From NCBI GenBank assembly GCA_036268855.1, contig DATATJ010000197.1:2315-66314 (forward strand): DNA of 64,000 nt. The letters run 5' to 3'. The stretch comes from Vicinamibacterales bacterium. GTDB lineage: Bacteria > Acidobacteriota > Vicinamibacteria > Vicinamibacterales > CAVVIG01. The notes under the pieces are model-generated. The model saw only the letters and a program-made list of their open reading frames with translations. It was not told the DNA's origin and did not search any database. Positions 1-9,928 of the stretch are shown here, piece after piece. The stretch's first letter is position 1, and every line of letters begins with the position of its first letter. The translations under genes and the position numbers were made by a program.

Positions 1-522
1 GAACTTCTCCTTGACGCCCGCGGCGTCGAACCAGGTGCCCTCGTCGCGCGGGTTGAATACACGGATGCCGTCCTGCACCAGCTGGTAGAAGTCCTTGTCG
101 CTCGTGACGATGGCGACGTCGAATCCCGCGGCGGCGGCCTTCGCGGTCAGCGTGCCGATGACATCGTCGGCTTCGTAGCGCTCGGAGGTGAGGATTGGGA
201 CGCCGAGCGCCTCGCAGGCAGCGTGGACCATCGGGATCTGCTCGGCGAGCTCGTCGGGCATCGGCGCGCGGTTCGCTTTGTAGTCGTCGACGAGATCGTC
301 GCGGAACGTGCGGCCCGGCAGATCGAATGATGCGGCGATGAATTCGGGCGAGAAGTCCTTCATCAGCTTCCGCAGCATCGTCACGAAAATGTAGACCGCG
401 TTGGTGGGGCGCCCCTGCGCGTTGCGCAGCAGGCCGCCCTCGGCCGTGCGGATGGGCGCGTGGTACGCGCGGTACATCTGCGAGCTGCCGTCGATGAGAT
501 AGAGCAGAGGTCTGGCGGCCAT
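1..522 (-). CDS. polA: DNA polymerase I, N-terminal 5'-3' exonuclease domain (5' end of gene; continues past window start)
   Basis: Absent from the ORF track because it runs off the window. My reverse-strand translation from CAT at 520-522 reads MAARPLLYLIDGSSQMYRAYHAP..GRPTNAVYIFVTMLRKL..DDYKANRAPMPDEL..YEADDVIGTL..IVTSDKDFYQLV. These are the classic Pol I 5'-nuclease motifs. Confidence 0.85.
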   Translation of the reverse strand, partial: MAARPLLYLIDGSSQMYRAYHAPIRTAEGGLLRNAQGRPTNAVYIFVTMLRKLMKDFSPEFIAASFDLPGRTFRDDLVDDYKANRAPMPDELAEQIPMVHAACEALGVPILTSERYEADDVIGTLTAKAAAAGFDVAIVTSDKDFYQLVQDGIRVFNPRDEGTWFDAAGVKEKF

Positions 523-558
523 GAGGTGAGGAAAATTTTTACTATATCATTGGCGCTT

Positions 559-1308
559 ATGCGGATCCGCGCGCTTGGCGCGCTGGCGATCGCCGCGCTG
601 CTGACGGCCACGATCGGATGCGGCGCCGGCGGATTCCTTCGCCCGTACGAGTACGAAGAAGAAATGTACCTCTCGCTCGATGGCAGCGCCACCGTGTACG
701 TGAACAGCTCGCTGGCCGCGCTCGACGCGCTGCGCGGCACGTCGTTCGAGACCGGTTCGCGCGCGCGCATCGATCGCGACGAGGTGGCGCGCTATTTCGA
801 GACTCCGGTGACGCACGTGAGCGGCCGCATCGGCACCTCGCGCCGGAGCAACCGGCAATACGTGCACGTCCGCGTCGACGTGCCGGACGTGCGGCGCCTG
901 CACGAGGCGGCGCCGTTCGCCTGGTCCACGTACCGCCTCACGCGCGACAGCTCGCTGTACCGGTACACACAGCAGGTGGGCGCGCCCGCCTCGCGTGCCA
1001 GCTCCGCCGCCGGCTGGGATGGTCGCGAGGTCGTGGCGTTCCGCCTGCACCTGCCGAGCAAGATCACGTACCACAACACCGGCACGTCGCCGCGGCGCGG
1101 CAACATTTTGGTGTGGGAGCAGCCGCTGGCCGATCGGCTGCGGGGCGTGCCGCTGACGCTCGAGGCGCGGATGGAAACGCAGTCGATTCTGTACCGCACG
1201 CTCTGGTTGTTCGGCGCGACGTTCGTCGCTGTGGCCGTCTCGTTCGGCCTGCTGTTGTGGTGGATTCTGCGGCACGGCGCCCGCGAGCAGGCGAATCTGA
1301 AGGTCTGA
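559..1308 (+). CDS. hypothetical lipoprotein with C-terminal transmembrane helix
   Basis: Internal ATG of ORF 460..1308. MRIRALGALAIAALLTATIGC looks like a signal peptide plus lipobox. The C-terminus LWLFGATFVAVAVSFGLLLWWIL is hydrophobic. I recognise no family. Confidence 0.55.
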   Translation: MRIRALGALAIAALLTATIGCGAGGFLRPYEYEEEMYLSLDGSATVYVNSSLAALDALRGTSFETGSRARIDRDEVARYFETPVTHVSGRIGTSRRSNRQYVHVRVDVPDVRRLHEAAPFAWSTYRLTRDSSLYRYTQQVGAPASRASSAAGWDGREVVAFRLHLPSKITYHNTGTSPRRGNILVWEQPLADRLRGVPLTLEARMETQSILYRTLWLFGATFVAVAVSFGLLLWWILRHGAREQANLKV

Positions 1309-1372
1309 CGCGATCCCACCTTGGGAGGCTTTAGCCGGGCGCCGGCAAGCGTCCTCAGCATAGAATTCTTCA

Positions 1373-2152
1373 GTGAGGTCCCACACGGTGTCGCGCACGC
1401 TGGCCCTGCTCGCGGTTCTGCTGTCGATGCCGCACGAGCCGCGCGTCCGCGCCGCGGAGGCGGCGCCCGTCATCGTCGAGCTCTTCACGTCCGAGGGCTG
1501 TTCGAGCTGCCCGCCCGCAGACGCGCTGCTGCAACAGCTCGTGAACACGCAGCCGGTCGCCGGTGTGCAGATCGTCGCGCTCGGCGAGCACGTGGATTAC
1601 TGGGACCAGCAGGGATGGAAGGACCGCTTTTCATCGGCCGCTCTGACCAACCGGCAGCAAGGCTACGCGCAGGCGCTGAACGTCGAGTCGATCTACACGC
1701 CGCAGATGGTGGTGGATGGCCGCGTGCAGCTGGTCGGCAGCGACGCCGCATCGGCTCGCCGCGCGATCGGCCAGGAGCTGTCCGTGCCCCGAGGCACGGT
1801 GACGATCGCGCTCGAGCCTCGAGGTGATCGCGTGAACGTGACGCTGAACCCGACCGGTCTGGCGCCAGTGGGTCGCGGACAGCATGCTGAGGTCGTCGTC
1901 GCCGTCACCGAAGATGGGCTCAGCTCGGACGTTCGCCGGGGCGAGAACCACGGTCGCGTCCTCAGCCACGTCGCGGTGGTCCGCCAGTTGACGACGATCG
2001 GTGACGCGGGAGCCGGACCTCTTCAACACGAGATCCTGATCGACCCATCCTGGCGGCGCGATCGCCTGAAGGTCGTCGCCTTCGTTCAGGAGTCGCGGAG
2101 CCGCCGCATCATGGCCGCCGGCGCCGTCGCGCTGCAGAGCCCGCGTCGGTGA
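1373..2152 (+). CDS. DUF1223 domain-containing protein (thioredoxin-like, secreted)
   Basis: Signal peptide followed by VIVELFTSEGCSSCPPAD..GEHVDYWD..YTPQMVVDG, the hallmark DUF1223 pattern. GTG start. Confidence 0.8.
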   Translation: MRSHTVSRTLALLAVLLSMPHEPRVRAAEAAPVIVELFTSEGCSSCPPADALLQQLVNTQPVAGVQIVALGEHVDYWDQQGWKDRFSSAALTNRQQGYAQALNVESIYTPQMVVDGRVQLVGSDAASARRAIGQELSVPRGTVTIALEPRGDRVNVTLNPTGLAPVGRGQHAEVVVAVTEDGLSSDVRRGENHGRVLSHVAVVRQLTTIGDAGAGPLQHEILIDPSWRRDRLKVVAFVQESRSRRIMAAGAVALQSPRR

Positions 2153-3483
2153 AGGAATATCCGTACTGGTGGGACACCGTTCCCGGCTCCTTCGGCTCGC
2201 CAACCCCCGATCCTCGCCCTTCGGCTGCCGGCTCCGCATCTTCTGATTCGAGTGCTCCCGCCGACTCGTCGCTGCCGGCGCGCGTAGATGTCGCGATCGT
2301 CGGCGCCGGTTACACCGGCCTGGCGGCCGCACGGCAGCTGGCGAGAGCGGGCGCCACGGTGCTCGTCTGCGAGCGAGGCGACACCGGCTGGGGCGCGAGC
2401 TCGAGGAATGGCGGCCAGGTGCTGACCGGCCTGCGCCTCGATGCGGCGACGCTGGTGTCGCGATACGGCGAGGCCGGCGCGCGCGCGTTGTTCGACATCG
2501 CGAACGAGTCGATGTCGGCGCTGGAGCGGATCGTCGCCGACGAAGGGATCGCGTGCGACCTGCATCGCTCCGGCCACGTCCTTGCGGCCTGCAAGCCGTC
2601 GCATTTTGCCGCCTTGCGCGACGAGCAGGCGCTGCTGGCCCGTGTTTTCGATCATCGTGTGGAGCTCGTGTCGCGCGGCGAGCAGCGCGCCGAGATCGGC
2701 ACCGACGCGTATCACGGGCTGCTGGTGGACGAGCACAGCCTCGCGATCAACCCGGCCCGTTACGTGCTCGGGTTGGCCGATGCCGCGCGCCGTGCCGGTG
2801 TGACGGTTTCTGCGCACACGACGGTCGAGCGCGTCGAACGCCGCGGCTCCCGCTGGACGGTCACGACTTCCAACGGCACGTCCGACGCCGGCGACCTGCT
2901 GGTCGCGACCAACGGCTATGCTTCCGCCGCCTTTCCGCCCCTGCGCCGGCGATTCGTGCCCGTCGGCAGCTACATCGTCGCGACCGAGCCGCTGGCCGAA
3001 GCCGACGCGGCCCGCGTTCTGCCGAAAGGGCGGATGGCGTTCGACTCGAAGTACTTTCTGTACTACTTTCGCATGACGGCGGATCGGCGCCTGCTGTTCG
3101 GCGGCCGCGCGGAGTTCTCGCTGCCCGAGCCGACTGCCACGGGGCGCGCCGCGCGCATCCTCCACGACGGCCTCCGGCGGCTGTTTCCCGAACTGGCGAA
3201 TACGGCGATCGACTACGCGTGGGGCGGAAACGTCGCGTTCACCCGCGACGAGATGCCGCGCGCCGGACGCCTGGAACAGGCGTACTACGCGGGCGGCTAC
3301 GGCGGACACGGGGTGGCGCTGGCGACGCACCTCGGGACGCTGATCGCGCGGCGCATGGCCGGCGAGCCGATCGATCATCCGCTGTTCGACGATCGCTTCG
3401 CGCCAATCCCGCTGTACTACGGCACGCCCTGGTTCCTTCCCGCGGTTGGCGCCTACTACAAGGCCAAGGACTGGTTGTCATGA
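2149..3483 (+). CDS. FAD-dependent oxidoreductase (DAO family, PuuB-like)
   Basis: Dinucleotide-binding motif VAIVGAGYTGLAAARQLARAG..VLVCE and a DAO-type C-terminus (YAGGYGGHGVALA). The GTG start overlaps the upstream stop (GTGA). Confidence 0.85.
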   Translation: MKEYPYWWDTVPGSFGSPTPDPRPSAAGSASSDSSAPADSSLPARVDVAIVGAGYTGLAAARQLARAGATVLVCERGDTGWGASSRNGGQVLTGLRLDAATLVSRYGEAGARALFDIANESMSALERIVADEGIACDLHRSGHVLAACKPSHFAALRDEQALLARVFDHRVELVSRGEQRAEIGTDAYHGLLVDEHSLAINPARYVLGLADAARRAGVTVSAHTTVERVERRGSRWTVTTSNGTSDAGDLLVATNGYASAAFPPLRRRFVPVGSYIVATEPLAEADAARVLPKGRMAFDSKYFLYYFRMTADRRLLFGGRAEFSLPEPTATGRAARILHDGLRRLFPELANTAIDYAWGGNVAFTRDEMPRAGRLEQAYYAGGYGGHGVALATHLGTLIARRMAGEPIDHPLFDDRFAPIPLYYGTPWFLPAVGAYYKAKDWLS

Positions 3484-3496
3484 CGTCAGGAGCCCG

Positions 3497-4960
3497 ATGA
3501 CTCAACTTTCGAACCGTGCGCAGCTGCGCGCGATCGCCGTGAACGCGATGCGTGCGCGTGGACTCGACCCCGACTTTCCGCCGGATGCCATTGCGCAGAC
3601 GACGGCGCTCCAGGCGTCACCCACTGAGACGGAGGAGCCGCTCCGCGACCTGCGCAGCCTCTTGTGGTGCTCGATCGACAACGACGACTCCCGCGATCTC
3701 GATCAGCTGTCGGTCGGCGAGGCGCTCCCGAGCGGAGACGTGAAGGTGCTGGTGGCGATCGCCGACGTCGATGCCGCCGTGCCGAAAGGGTCGCCGGTCG
3801 ATCGGCACGCCGCGATCAACACGACGTCGGTGTACACGCCGGCGGTGATTTTTCCGATGCTGCCCGAGAAGCTGTCCACCGGCCTCACGTCGCTGATCGC
3901 GGACGAAGATCGCCTGGCGATCGTGATCGAGATGGTCGTGGCGGCGGACGGCACGGTGAAGACGTCGGATCTGTACGGCGGCATCGTGCGCAACAAGGCG
4001 AAGCTGGCGTACAACGCCGTCGGCGCCTGGCTGGAGCAGCGCGGTTCGCTGCCGGATGCCGCGGCGGCCGTCCCCGGAATGGACGCGCAGCTGAAACTGC
4101 AGGATCGCGTGGCGCAGGCGCTGGCGTCGTTGCGTCACGAGCACGGCGCGCTCGACTTCGAGACGATCGAGCTGCGCCCGACCTTCGACGGCGATACGGT
4201 CACCGGCCTGCAGCACGATGTACCCAACCGCGCGAAGGCGCTGATTGAAAACCTGATGATTGCCTCAAACGGCGCGACCGCCCAGTTTCTGGCCGCGCAC
4301 AACTTCCCGTCGATCCGCCGTGTCGTCAAGGCGCCGGAACGCTGGGAACGCATCGTGGACCTTGCCCGGCAGACGGGCGACCAGCTACCCGCATCGCCCG
4401 ACTCGCGGGCGCTTGAAGCGTTTCTGACCGAGCGCCGGGCAGCGGACCCCGACCGGTTTCCGGACCTGTCGCTTGCCGTCATCAAGATGCTCGGCCCTGG
4501 CGAGTACTGCGTCGAGGCGCCAGGGGGCACGTCGCCTGGACACTTCGGCCTGGCCGTGAAGGACTATACGCATTCGACCGCGCCGAATCGGCGCTATCCC
4601 GACCTGCTGACGCAGCGTCTGGTGAAGGCGGCGCTCGCGACCCATCCGGTGCCGTACTCGATCGCCGAGCTCGGACAACTGGCGACGCACTGCACGCAGC
4701 AGGAAGACGCCGCGAACAAAGTCGAGCGGCAAGTGCGGAAGTCGGCCGCGGCACTCGTCGTCGCGTCGAAGATCGGTCAGCGATTCGACGCGATCGTCAC
4801 CGGCGCGTCGCCGAAGGGGACGTTCGTGCGGACGATGACGCCGCCGATCGAAGGCAAACTGGTGCGCGGTGAACAAGGCGTGGACGTCGGCGATCGCCTC
4901 GCCGTGATGCTCGTACGCGCCGACGTTGCGAAGGGCTTCATCGACTTCGCACGCGCATGA
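3497..4960 (+). CDS. RNB domain-containing ribonuclease (RNase II/R family, short form)
   Basis: SIDNDDSRDLDQLS.., AINTTSVYTP..IFPMLPE and HFGLAVKDYTHSTAPNRRYPDL match RNB catalytic motifs. The S1-like C-terminus contains FDAIVTGASPKGTFVR. Start taken at MTQLSNR (ATG 3497) inside ORF 3446..4960. Confidence 0.8.
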   Translation: MTQLSNRAQLRAIAVNAMRARGLDPDFPPDAIAQTTALQASPTETEEPLRDLRSLLWCSIDNDDSRDLDQLSVGEALPSGDVKVLVAIADVDAAVPKGSPVDRHAAINTTSVYTPAVIFPMLPEKLSTGLTSLIADEDRLAIVIEMVVAADGTVKTSDLYGGIVRNKAKLAYNAVGAWLEQRGSLPDAAAAVPGMDAQLKLQDRVAQALASLRHEHGALDFETIELRPTFDGDTVTGLQHDVPNRAKALIENLMIASNGATAQFLAAHNFPSIRRVVKAPERWERIVDLARQTGDQLPASPDSRALEAFLTERRAADPDRFPDLSLAVIKMLGPGEYCVEAPGGTSPGHFGLAVKDYTHSTAPNRRYPDLLTQRLVKAALATHPVPYSIAELGQLATHCTQQEDAANKVERQVRKSAAALVVASKIGQRFDAIVTGASPKGTFVRTMTPPIEGKLVRGEQGVDVGDRLAVMLVRADVAKGFIDFARA

Positions 4961-5005
4961 GCTCGAAAGATCGGACCAGTCTCGAGTGTCTGCGCGTCGT
5001 CTCGT

Positions 5006-5839
5006 TCAGGCGCGCGCGCGCTTTTTCTGCGCGGCAGGCAGCCGAACGGGCGCGGCCGGCTTCTTTTTGATCGCGTCCAGGCTCTTGCGGAGCGCATCCA
5101 TCAGGTTCACGACCTTGGGCGGCTCGGCCTCCTCCTGCACGACGATCTCGCGCCCCTCGATCTTCGCGTCGATGATCTCGCGCAGACCCTGCTGGTATTC
5201 GTCGCGATACGACGCGAAGTCGATCGCTCCCTCGAACGTGCCGATCACCTGCTGCGCGAGCTTCACTTCGGACGGCTTCACCGTCTCCGGCATGTCGGTC
5301 AGCTCGTCGATCGCGTCCATGCTGCGAATCTCGCTGGCATGCCGCAGGGTGTACATCACGAGCCCGCGCTCGCGCGGCTGGACCTTCACGAGATATTCGC
5401 GTCCGTAGAGCGCGACCTTGCCGATCCCCGCCTTGCCTTTCATCCCCTCGCGGATCACGGCGAATGCCTCCTTGGCGACCGCGCCGTCCGGCGCGAGATA
5501 GTAGGGTCGCTCCAGGTAGATCGGATCGATGGCCGTGTCCTCGGTGAACTGCTCCAGGTTGATCACCCGCGTCGAGTCCACGCGCACTTTGTCGATCTCT
5601 TCGTCGCCGACGACGACGTACCGCCCCTTCTCGAACTCGAAGCCCTTGACGATGTCGGTATTGGGCACCTCGCGCTGGCACTGCGGGCACCAGCGCTTCT
5701 GCTGAATCCGCGTCTGACACTCGGCGTGCAGCTGGTTGAAGCTGAGGGTCGCGCCGGAGTCGGTCGCGGGGAACACCTTCACCGGGATGTTGACGAGGCT
5801 GATCTTCAGGTAGCCTTTCCACGTCGGTCGCGCAGCCAT
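5006..5839 (-). CDS. ku: Ku protein (non-homologous end joining)
   Basis: RPTWKGYLKISLVNIPVKVFPA..FNQLH..C..RI..KRWCP.C..EV....IVKGFEFEKGRYVV followed by a basic tail KKKPAAPVRLPAAQKKRARA. Typical bacterial Ku. Confidence 0.9.
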   Translation of the reverse strand: MAARPTWKGYLKISLVNIPVKVFPATDSGATLSFNQLHAECQTRIQQKRWCPQCQREVPNTDIVKGFEFEKGRYVVVGDEEIDKVRVDSTRVINLEQFTEDTAIDPIYLERPYYLAPDGAVAKEAFAVIREGMKGKAGIGKVALYGREYLVKVQPRERGLVMYTLRHASEIRSMDAIDELTDMPETVKPSEVKLAQQVIGTFEGAIDFASYRDEYQQGLREIIDAKIEGREIVVQEEAEPPKVVNLMDALRKSLDAIKKKPAAPVRLPAAQKKRARA

Positions 5840-5846
5840 ACTGCTC

Positions 5847-6728
5847 CTATTTGATCGGGGCGATCTTCTCGTCCACCTTCACCTGGAACTGCCGGAAATT
5901 CGTGTAGGTCGCGGCGCCCGTCACCGTCGAGCCGTCCGCTCGCTGCAGGTACGACTCGCGCATGTCCTTCGGCACCAGCATGTGCAGCGCCGGCTCCGGC
6001 TGGTAGGTTACGTCGATGTCGGCGCTGAGCTGGCGATCTTCCGCTCGAATCGTGCTGCCGAGCACACGCCCCGTGGCTGGCTCGATCCAGAACCGGCCGG
6101 AGACCGGAAAGTCCTGGCCGCCGCTGGTCCGAATCATCGTGCCGGCCTCGACTTCGCGGTAGTCGACAGCCCATGCGCCGTCGGTGCGCGCCGCGTCCGC
6201 GGTTTCGACGTGGTTGAACAGGAACCGGTGCTGATTCTCGGGCATCAGCGCCCACAGCGCGAGCACCGGCACGTTGACGTTGCGAGTGACCGGGCCAACG
6301 TTGTACCGCGCGCTCTCTTCCTGGATCTGCTCGGCCTGCTTCGCCGTGGACATCGACGGCTGCAGGAACAGCTTCGCGAGCCGATCGGTCCGATCGTGCA
6401 CGGCCTTTCCGTCCACCTCGAACACATCGCGAAACTGGATCCACTGGTCACCGCCCTGGGGGCGCACCAGCAGGAGATCCGACTTCAGCTCGCGATGCTG
6501 CCCCGCTCCGCTATTCAGCAACCCGTACCGATCGAAGTGCGCGGGCGGACGCGCGTCCTGCTCGTACCTTTCCTGAGCGACCACGCCCGCGAAATCGTGC
6601 TCGTAGTGCGTCACGTACTCACCCGCACGCGCCAGCACCTCATCCACGTTCGTCGCCTGAGGCAAGAACGCGCTCGCCGCGGCCGCGGCCGCGAGCGCCG
6701 TCACGAAGCGAAAGGGAGCAGGTCGCAT
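5847..6728 (-). CDS. hypothetical secreted protein
   Basis: Internal ATG (CAT 6726-6728) gives MRPAPFRFVTALAAAAAASAF, a signal peptide. Coding-like composition. Lies 7 bp upstream of ku. No family recognised. Confidence 0.6.
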   Translation of the reverse strand: MRPAPFRFVTALAAAAAASAFLPQATNVDEVLARAGEYVTHYEHDFAGVVAQERYEQDARPPAHFDRYGLLNSGAGQHRELKSDLLLVRPQGGDQWIQFRDVFEVDGKAVHDRTDRLAKLFLQPSMSTAKQAEQIQEESARYNVGPVTRNVNVPVLALWALMPENQHRFLFNHVETADAARTDGAWAVDYREVEAGTMIRTSGGQDFPVSGRFWIEPATGRVLGSTIRAEDRQLSADIDVTYQPEPALHMLVPKDMRESYLQRADGSTVTGAATYTNFRQFQVKVDEKIAPIK

Positions 6729-6765
6729 ACGAGGATGATGATCGTCCTCTCCGGCGCCGCCCGGG

Positions 6766-7701
6766 TCAAGGCTGAATCGGCCGGCTCTCCGGCCCCACCG
6801 GGAACAACCGGTCGAAGTTTCCGGCAAACACCTTGTGCCGCGTGGCCTCGTCGGCCTCGATCTCGTGGAGGGCCGCAGCCTGCTGATCGTAGACCTCCTT
6901 CACCCACCCTCGCGGGAAGAACGAGGAGTCGCTGCCGAAGAGCAGCCGATCCGGTCCGACGACCGAAAGCGCCTGACGGAAGACGACGCCCAGCGAGAGC
7001 CCGCCCGCGTGGTACTTCATCCAGCCGTTGGAGCTCGACGTGTCGAGCACCACGTTCGCGCAGAGGTCCGCCAGCATCAGGGCCTCCCGGAACAGGCCGG
7101 CACCGAAGTGCGGCACGATCACCGGCACGCCGGGGTAAGCTGCCGCGATCGCGTGCAGGTCGAGCGGGTTCCCGTAGCGCATGTCGAACGGGCTCGCCAG
7201 GCCGAGCTTGCGCCGGACGCCGATCGACAGGACGCCGCAATGCACGAAAACAACGGTGCCTGGATGAGCGACGGCAATCTCGAACAGTCGTACCACGCGC
7301 TCGTCGTGCATCGAATAGCGATGCATCGCCGGAAACAGGCAGATCCCGCGCAGGCCGCCCGCGACCGCCTGTTCTGTGTTTGTGGAAGCCCGTGGGTCCG
7401 CCGGATCGACCATGAAGAATCCCACGAGCCGCTCGGGGTGACGCCGCACCGCCGCCACGACCGAGTCCGCGTCGCCCGGCACACTCGCCATCAGCGCCGC
7501 GCGGGAGACGCCCGACCGATCGAGCTCCGCGATCCAGCGGTCGGCCAGCGCCTCGGCGGATCCGGGCGCGTCCCACCCGAGCCGCTCGAGGGCGATCTCG
7601 TGCGGCGCGGCGGCATCCGCAGCCGCCGCACCCGGCAATGCGCGCCCGAGCGAGGCGAAGAACGCCGTCGAGAAGAAATGACAATGGATGTCGTTCAACA
7701 T
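6766..7701 (-). CDS. amidohydrolase family protein (Amidohydro_2-like)
   Basis: N-terminal MLNDIHCHFF metal-binding HxH motif, plus internal VFVHCG and VIVPHFGAG. Confidence 0.8.
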   Translation of the reverse strand: MLNDIHCHFFSTAFFASLGRALPGAAAADAAAPHEIALERLGWDAPGSAEALADRWIAELDRSGVSRAALMASVPGDADSVVAAVRRHPERLVGFFMVDPADPRASTNTEQAVAGGLRGICLFPAMHRYSMHDERVVRLFEIAVAHPGTVVFVHCGVLSIGVRRKLGLASPFDMRYGNPLDLHAIAAAYPGVPVIVPHFGAGLFREALMLADLCANVVLDTSSSNGWMKYHAGGLSLGVVFRQALSVVGPDRLLFGSDSSFFPRGWVKEVYDQQAAALHEIEADEATRHKVFAGNFDRLFPVGPESRPIQP

Positions 7702-7723
7702 GGTTTCGTGATGAAAGAGAGCG

Positions 7724-8791
7724 CTAGCTGGAGATCTCTCGCGTCACCGCATCCGCCATGTCCTGCGTCTTCGCGCTGCCGCCGAGGTCGGGCGTCCGCA
7801 CCTTTCCCGATGCGACGACGCGCTCGATCGCGGCGATCATCCGATCGTGGACGTCGCGCCGGCCGAGGTGCTCGAGCATCAGCGCGCCGGCCCAGATCGC
7901 GCCGATCGGGTTCGCGATGCCTTTGCCCGCGATGTCTGGCGCCGACCCGTGAATCGGCTCGAACATCGACGGTGTCCGCCGCTCGGGGTTGATGTTCGCA
8001 CCGGGTGCGATGCCCAGGCTCCCGGAGATCGCCGAGCCGATGTCCGTGAGGATGTCGCCGAACAGGTTCGACGCGACGATGACGTCGATGCTGTCGGGAT
8101 GCGTCACCATGCGCGCCGCGAGCGCGTCCACGTGATACTTGGCGAACGACACCTCAGGGTACTCGGCGCGCAGCGACTCCGCCACCTCGTCCCACAAGAC
8201 CATCGAGTGCTGCAGCGCGTTCGACTTTGTCGCGCTCGCCAGCTTCTTGCGCGGCCGCGAGGCCGCGACTTCGAACCCGTAGCGCAGGATGCGCTCGATG
8301 CCGTGCCGCGTGAAGACGCCCGTCTGTTCGGCAACCTCGAACTTGGTCCCGACATGGACGCGTCCACCCACGCCGGCGTACTCGCCTTCTGAATTTTCGC
8401 GCACGCACACCATGTCGATCGACGCGGCGTCGCGGTTGGCCAGAGGAGAGGTGAGGCCCGGCAGCAGCCGCATCGGGCGCAGATTCACGTATTGATCGAA
8501 AAACTGCCGAATCGGCAGGATCAGCTCCCAGACCGCGATGTGATCCGGCACCGTCGGCGAACCAATCGCGCCGAGGTAGATGGCGTCGAACCCGGCGAGT
8601 ATCTTCATGCCGTTCTCCGCCATCATGCGTCCGTGCTGCAGGTAGTAATCACAGCCCCACGGCAGCTCTTCGAACGACACCGCGCAGTCGGTGCCGCGTA
8701 TGGCGGCCTGGATCGCGGCGATGCCGGCCGGAATCACTTCCCGGCCGATTCCGTCGCCGGCAATCACAGCAATCCGATAAGACGAGGACAT
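7724..8791 (-). CDS. tartrate dehydrogenase/decarboxylase-like (isocitrate/isopropylmalate dehydrogenase family)
   Basis: YRIAVIAGDGIGREVIPAG..WGCDYYLQHGRMM..NLRP..NLFGDILTD..GSLGIAPGANINPE..FEPIHGSAPDIAGKGIANP. ATG at 8791 is preceded by GGAG 8 nt upstream. The track ORF starts one TTG codon earlier. Confidence 0.85.
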   Translation of the reverse strand: MSSSYRIAVIAGDGIGREVIPAGIAAIQAAIRGTDCAVSFEELPWGCDYYLQHGRMMAENGMKILAGFDAIYLGAIGSPTVPDHIAVWELILPIRQFFDQYVNLRPMRLLPGLTSPLANRDAASIDMVCVRENSEGEYAGVGGRVHVGTKFEVAEQTGVFTRHGIERILRYGFEVAASRPRKKLASATKSNALQHSMVLWDEVAESLRAEYPEVSFAKYHVDALAARMVTHPDSIDVIVASNLFGDILTDIGSAISGSLGIAPGANINPERRTPSMFEPIHGSAPDIAGKGIANPIGAIWAGALMLEHLGRRDVHDRMIAAIERVVASGKVRTPDLGGSAKTQDMADAVTREISS

Positions 8792-8818
8792 CAAAGGTTC
8801 TCCGTTGAAGAATGAGGA

Positions 8819-9868
8819 CTATCGGAGCTCGCGCACGGCCGGCAGGCCGGGCAGCCCCGTGGCTTGCGTGACGGCGCGAACCAGCGCCGAGGCCATGACG
8901 TCGGCCGCGAGCGCGCCCAGGCGGATCATATCGACATCGCCAGACTTCGTGCCCGTGGCCAGCGCGAACACGGTGTCGCCGTCAACTTCGGTATGAATCG
9001 GCCAGATCGCCCGCGCGTACCCATCGTCACCCGCCTGCGCCAGATACGTCGCCTGATCTTTCGTCAGCCGCGCGTTGGTGGCGATCACGCCGATTGTGGA
9101 GTTGTTGCCGCCGCTGGCCGTCGACGCTCCCGATCGAACGAGGACCCGCGCATCCGCGAGCGCGTGTCCGTCGGCGGTCCGCACACCGGCGACGACCTTC
9201 CCGGTGTTCGGGTCGATCACGTCGCCGAGCGGATTCGCGGCAACCAGCGCCGCGACGATGAGTCCGTCTGGCATCGATACGGCGGCGGTGCCGATGCCGC
9301 CCTTCATCGCGCGGCCCATGCCGGCGAGCTTGCCGACCGTCGCGCCCGCGCCGGCGCCGACGCTGCCTTCGGCGACTGGCGCGTCGCTCGCCGCCCGTGC
9401 GGCGAAGTACCCGCAGTCCGAGCCGGGGCGGACCGCGGCGTCGCCGACACCCAGGTCGAAAATCGAGGCGCCAGACACGACGGGAATCCGCATGCCGCCG
9501 TACGCGATTCCGATCTTCTGTTCGTCGAGAAAGTGCAGCACGCCGTCCACCGACGACAGCCCGAAGAGGCTGCCGCCCGAGAGCGCCACGCCGTGGATCT
9601 GCTGCACCATTTTTTCGGGCCTGAGCAGATCGGTGTCGCGCGTCGCGGGAGCCGCGCCATGGACGACCACGCCCGCAGTGGCGCCCGCCTCGACGAGCAC
9701 GACGGTGCACCCCGTCGGCCGCAACGTCATCGTGTAATGGCCGACTTTGATCCCGGGCACGGCGGTCAACGTCTCGTTGGCGGCGGCCGCGACACGTTCA
9801 GACGACGGCAGACCGATGGCATACAACAGCCCGATCGCCGCGATCGCCATTCGAATAACAACAGTCAT
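8819..9868 (-). CDS. P1 family peptidase (MEROPS S58, DmpA/BapA-like aminopeptidase), secreted
   Basis: Internal ATG (CAT 9866-9868) gives MTVVIRMAIAAIGLLYAIG, a signal peptide. Family motifs: GIKVGHYT, GSVGAGAGATVGK, NSTIGVIATNARLTKDQA, DGDTVFALATG. The longer track ORF reads through the heptamer repeat and is not credible. Confidence 0.85.
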   Translation of the reverse strand: MTVVIRMAIAAIGLLYAIGLPSSERVAAAANETLTAVPGIKVGHYTMTLRPTGCTVVLVEAGATAGVVVHGAAPATRDTDLLRPEKMVQQIHGVALSGGSLFGLSSVDGVLHFLDEQKIGIAYGGMRIPVVSGASIFDLGVGDAAVRPGSDCGYFAARAASDAPVAEGSVGAGAGATVGKLAGMGRAMKGGIGTAAVSMPDGLIVAALVAANPLGDVIDPNTGKVVAGVRTADGHALADARVLVRSGASTASGGNNSTIGVIATNARLTKDQATYLAQAGDDGYARAIWPIHTEVDGDTVFALATGTKSGDVDMIRLGALAADVMASALVRAVTQATGLPGLPAVRELR

Positions 9869-9880
9869 CGGTCTGCACCC

Positions 9881-9928
9881 GATCCCCGATCCCCGATCCC
9901 TGATCCCTGATCCCTGATCCCGATTCCC
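9881..9928. repeat. heptanucleotide tandem array (gatcccc x2, gatccct x3, gatccc, gattccc), 48 bp
   Basis: Read directly from the sequence. With flanking bases the reverse strand is GGGAATC GGGATC AGGGATC x3 GGGGATC x2 GGG: eight G-runs of at least 3 with 3-4-nt loops. Six GATC sites. Lies between the SDR stop (9934) and the S58 start (9868). Confidence 0.95.
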
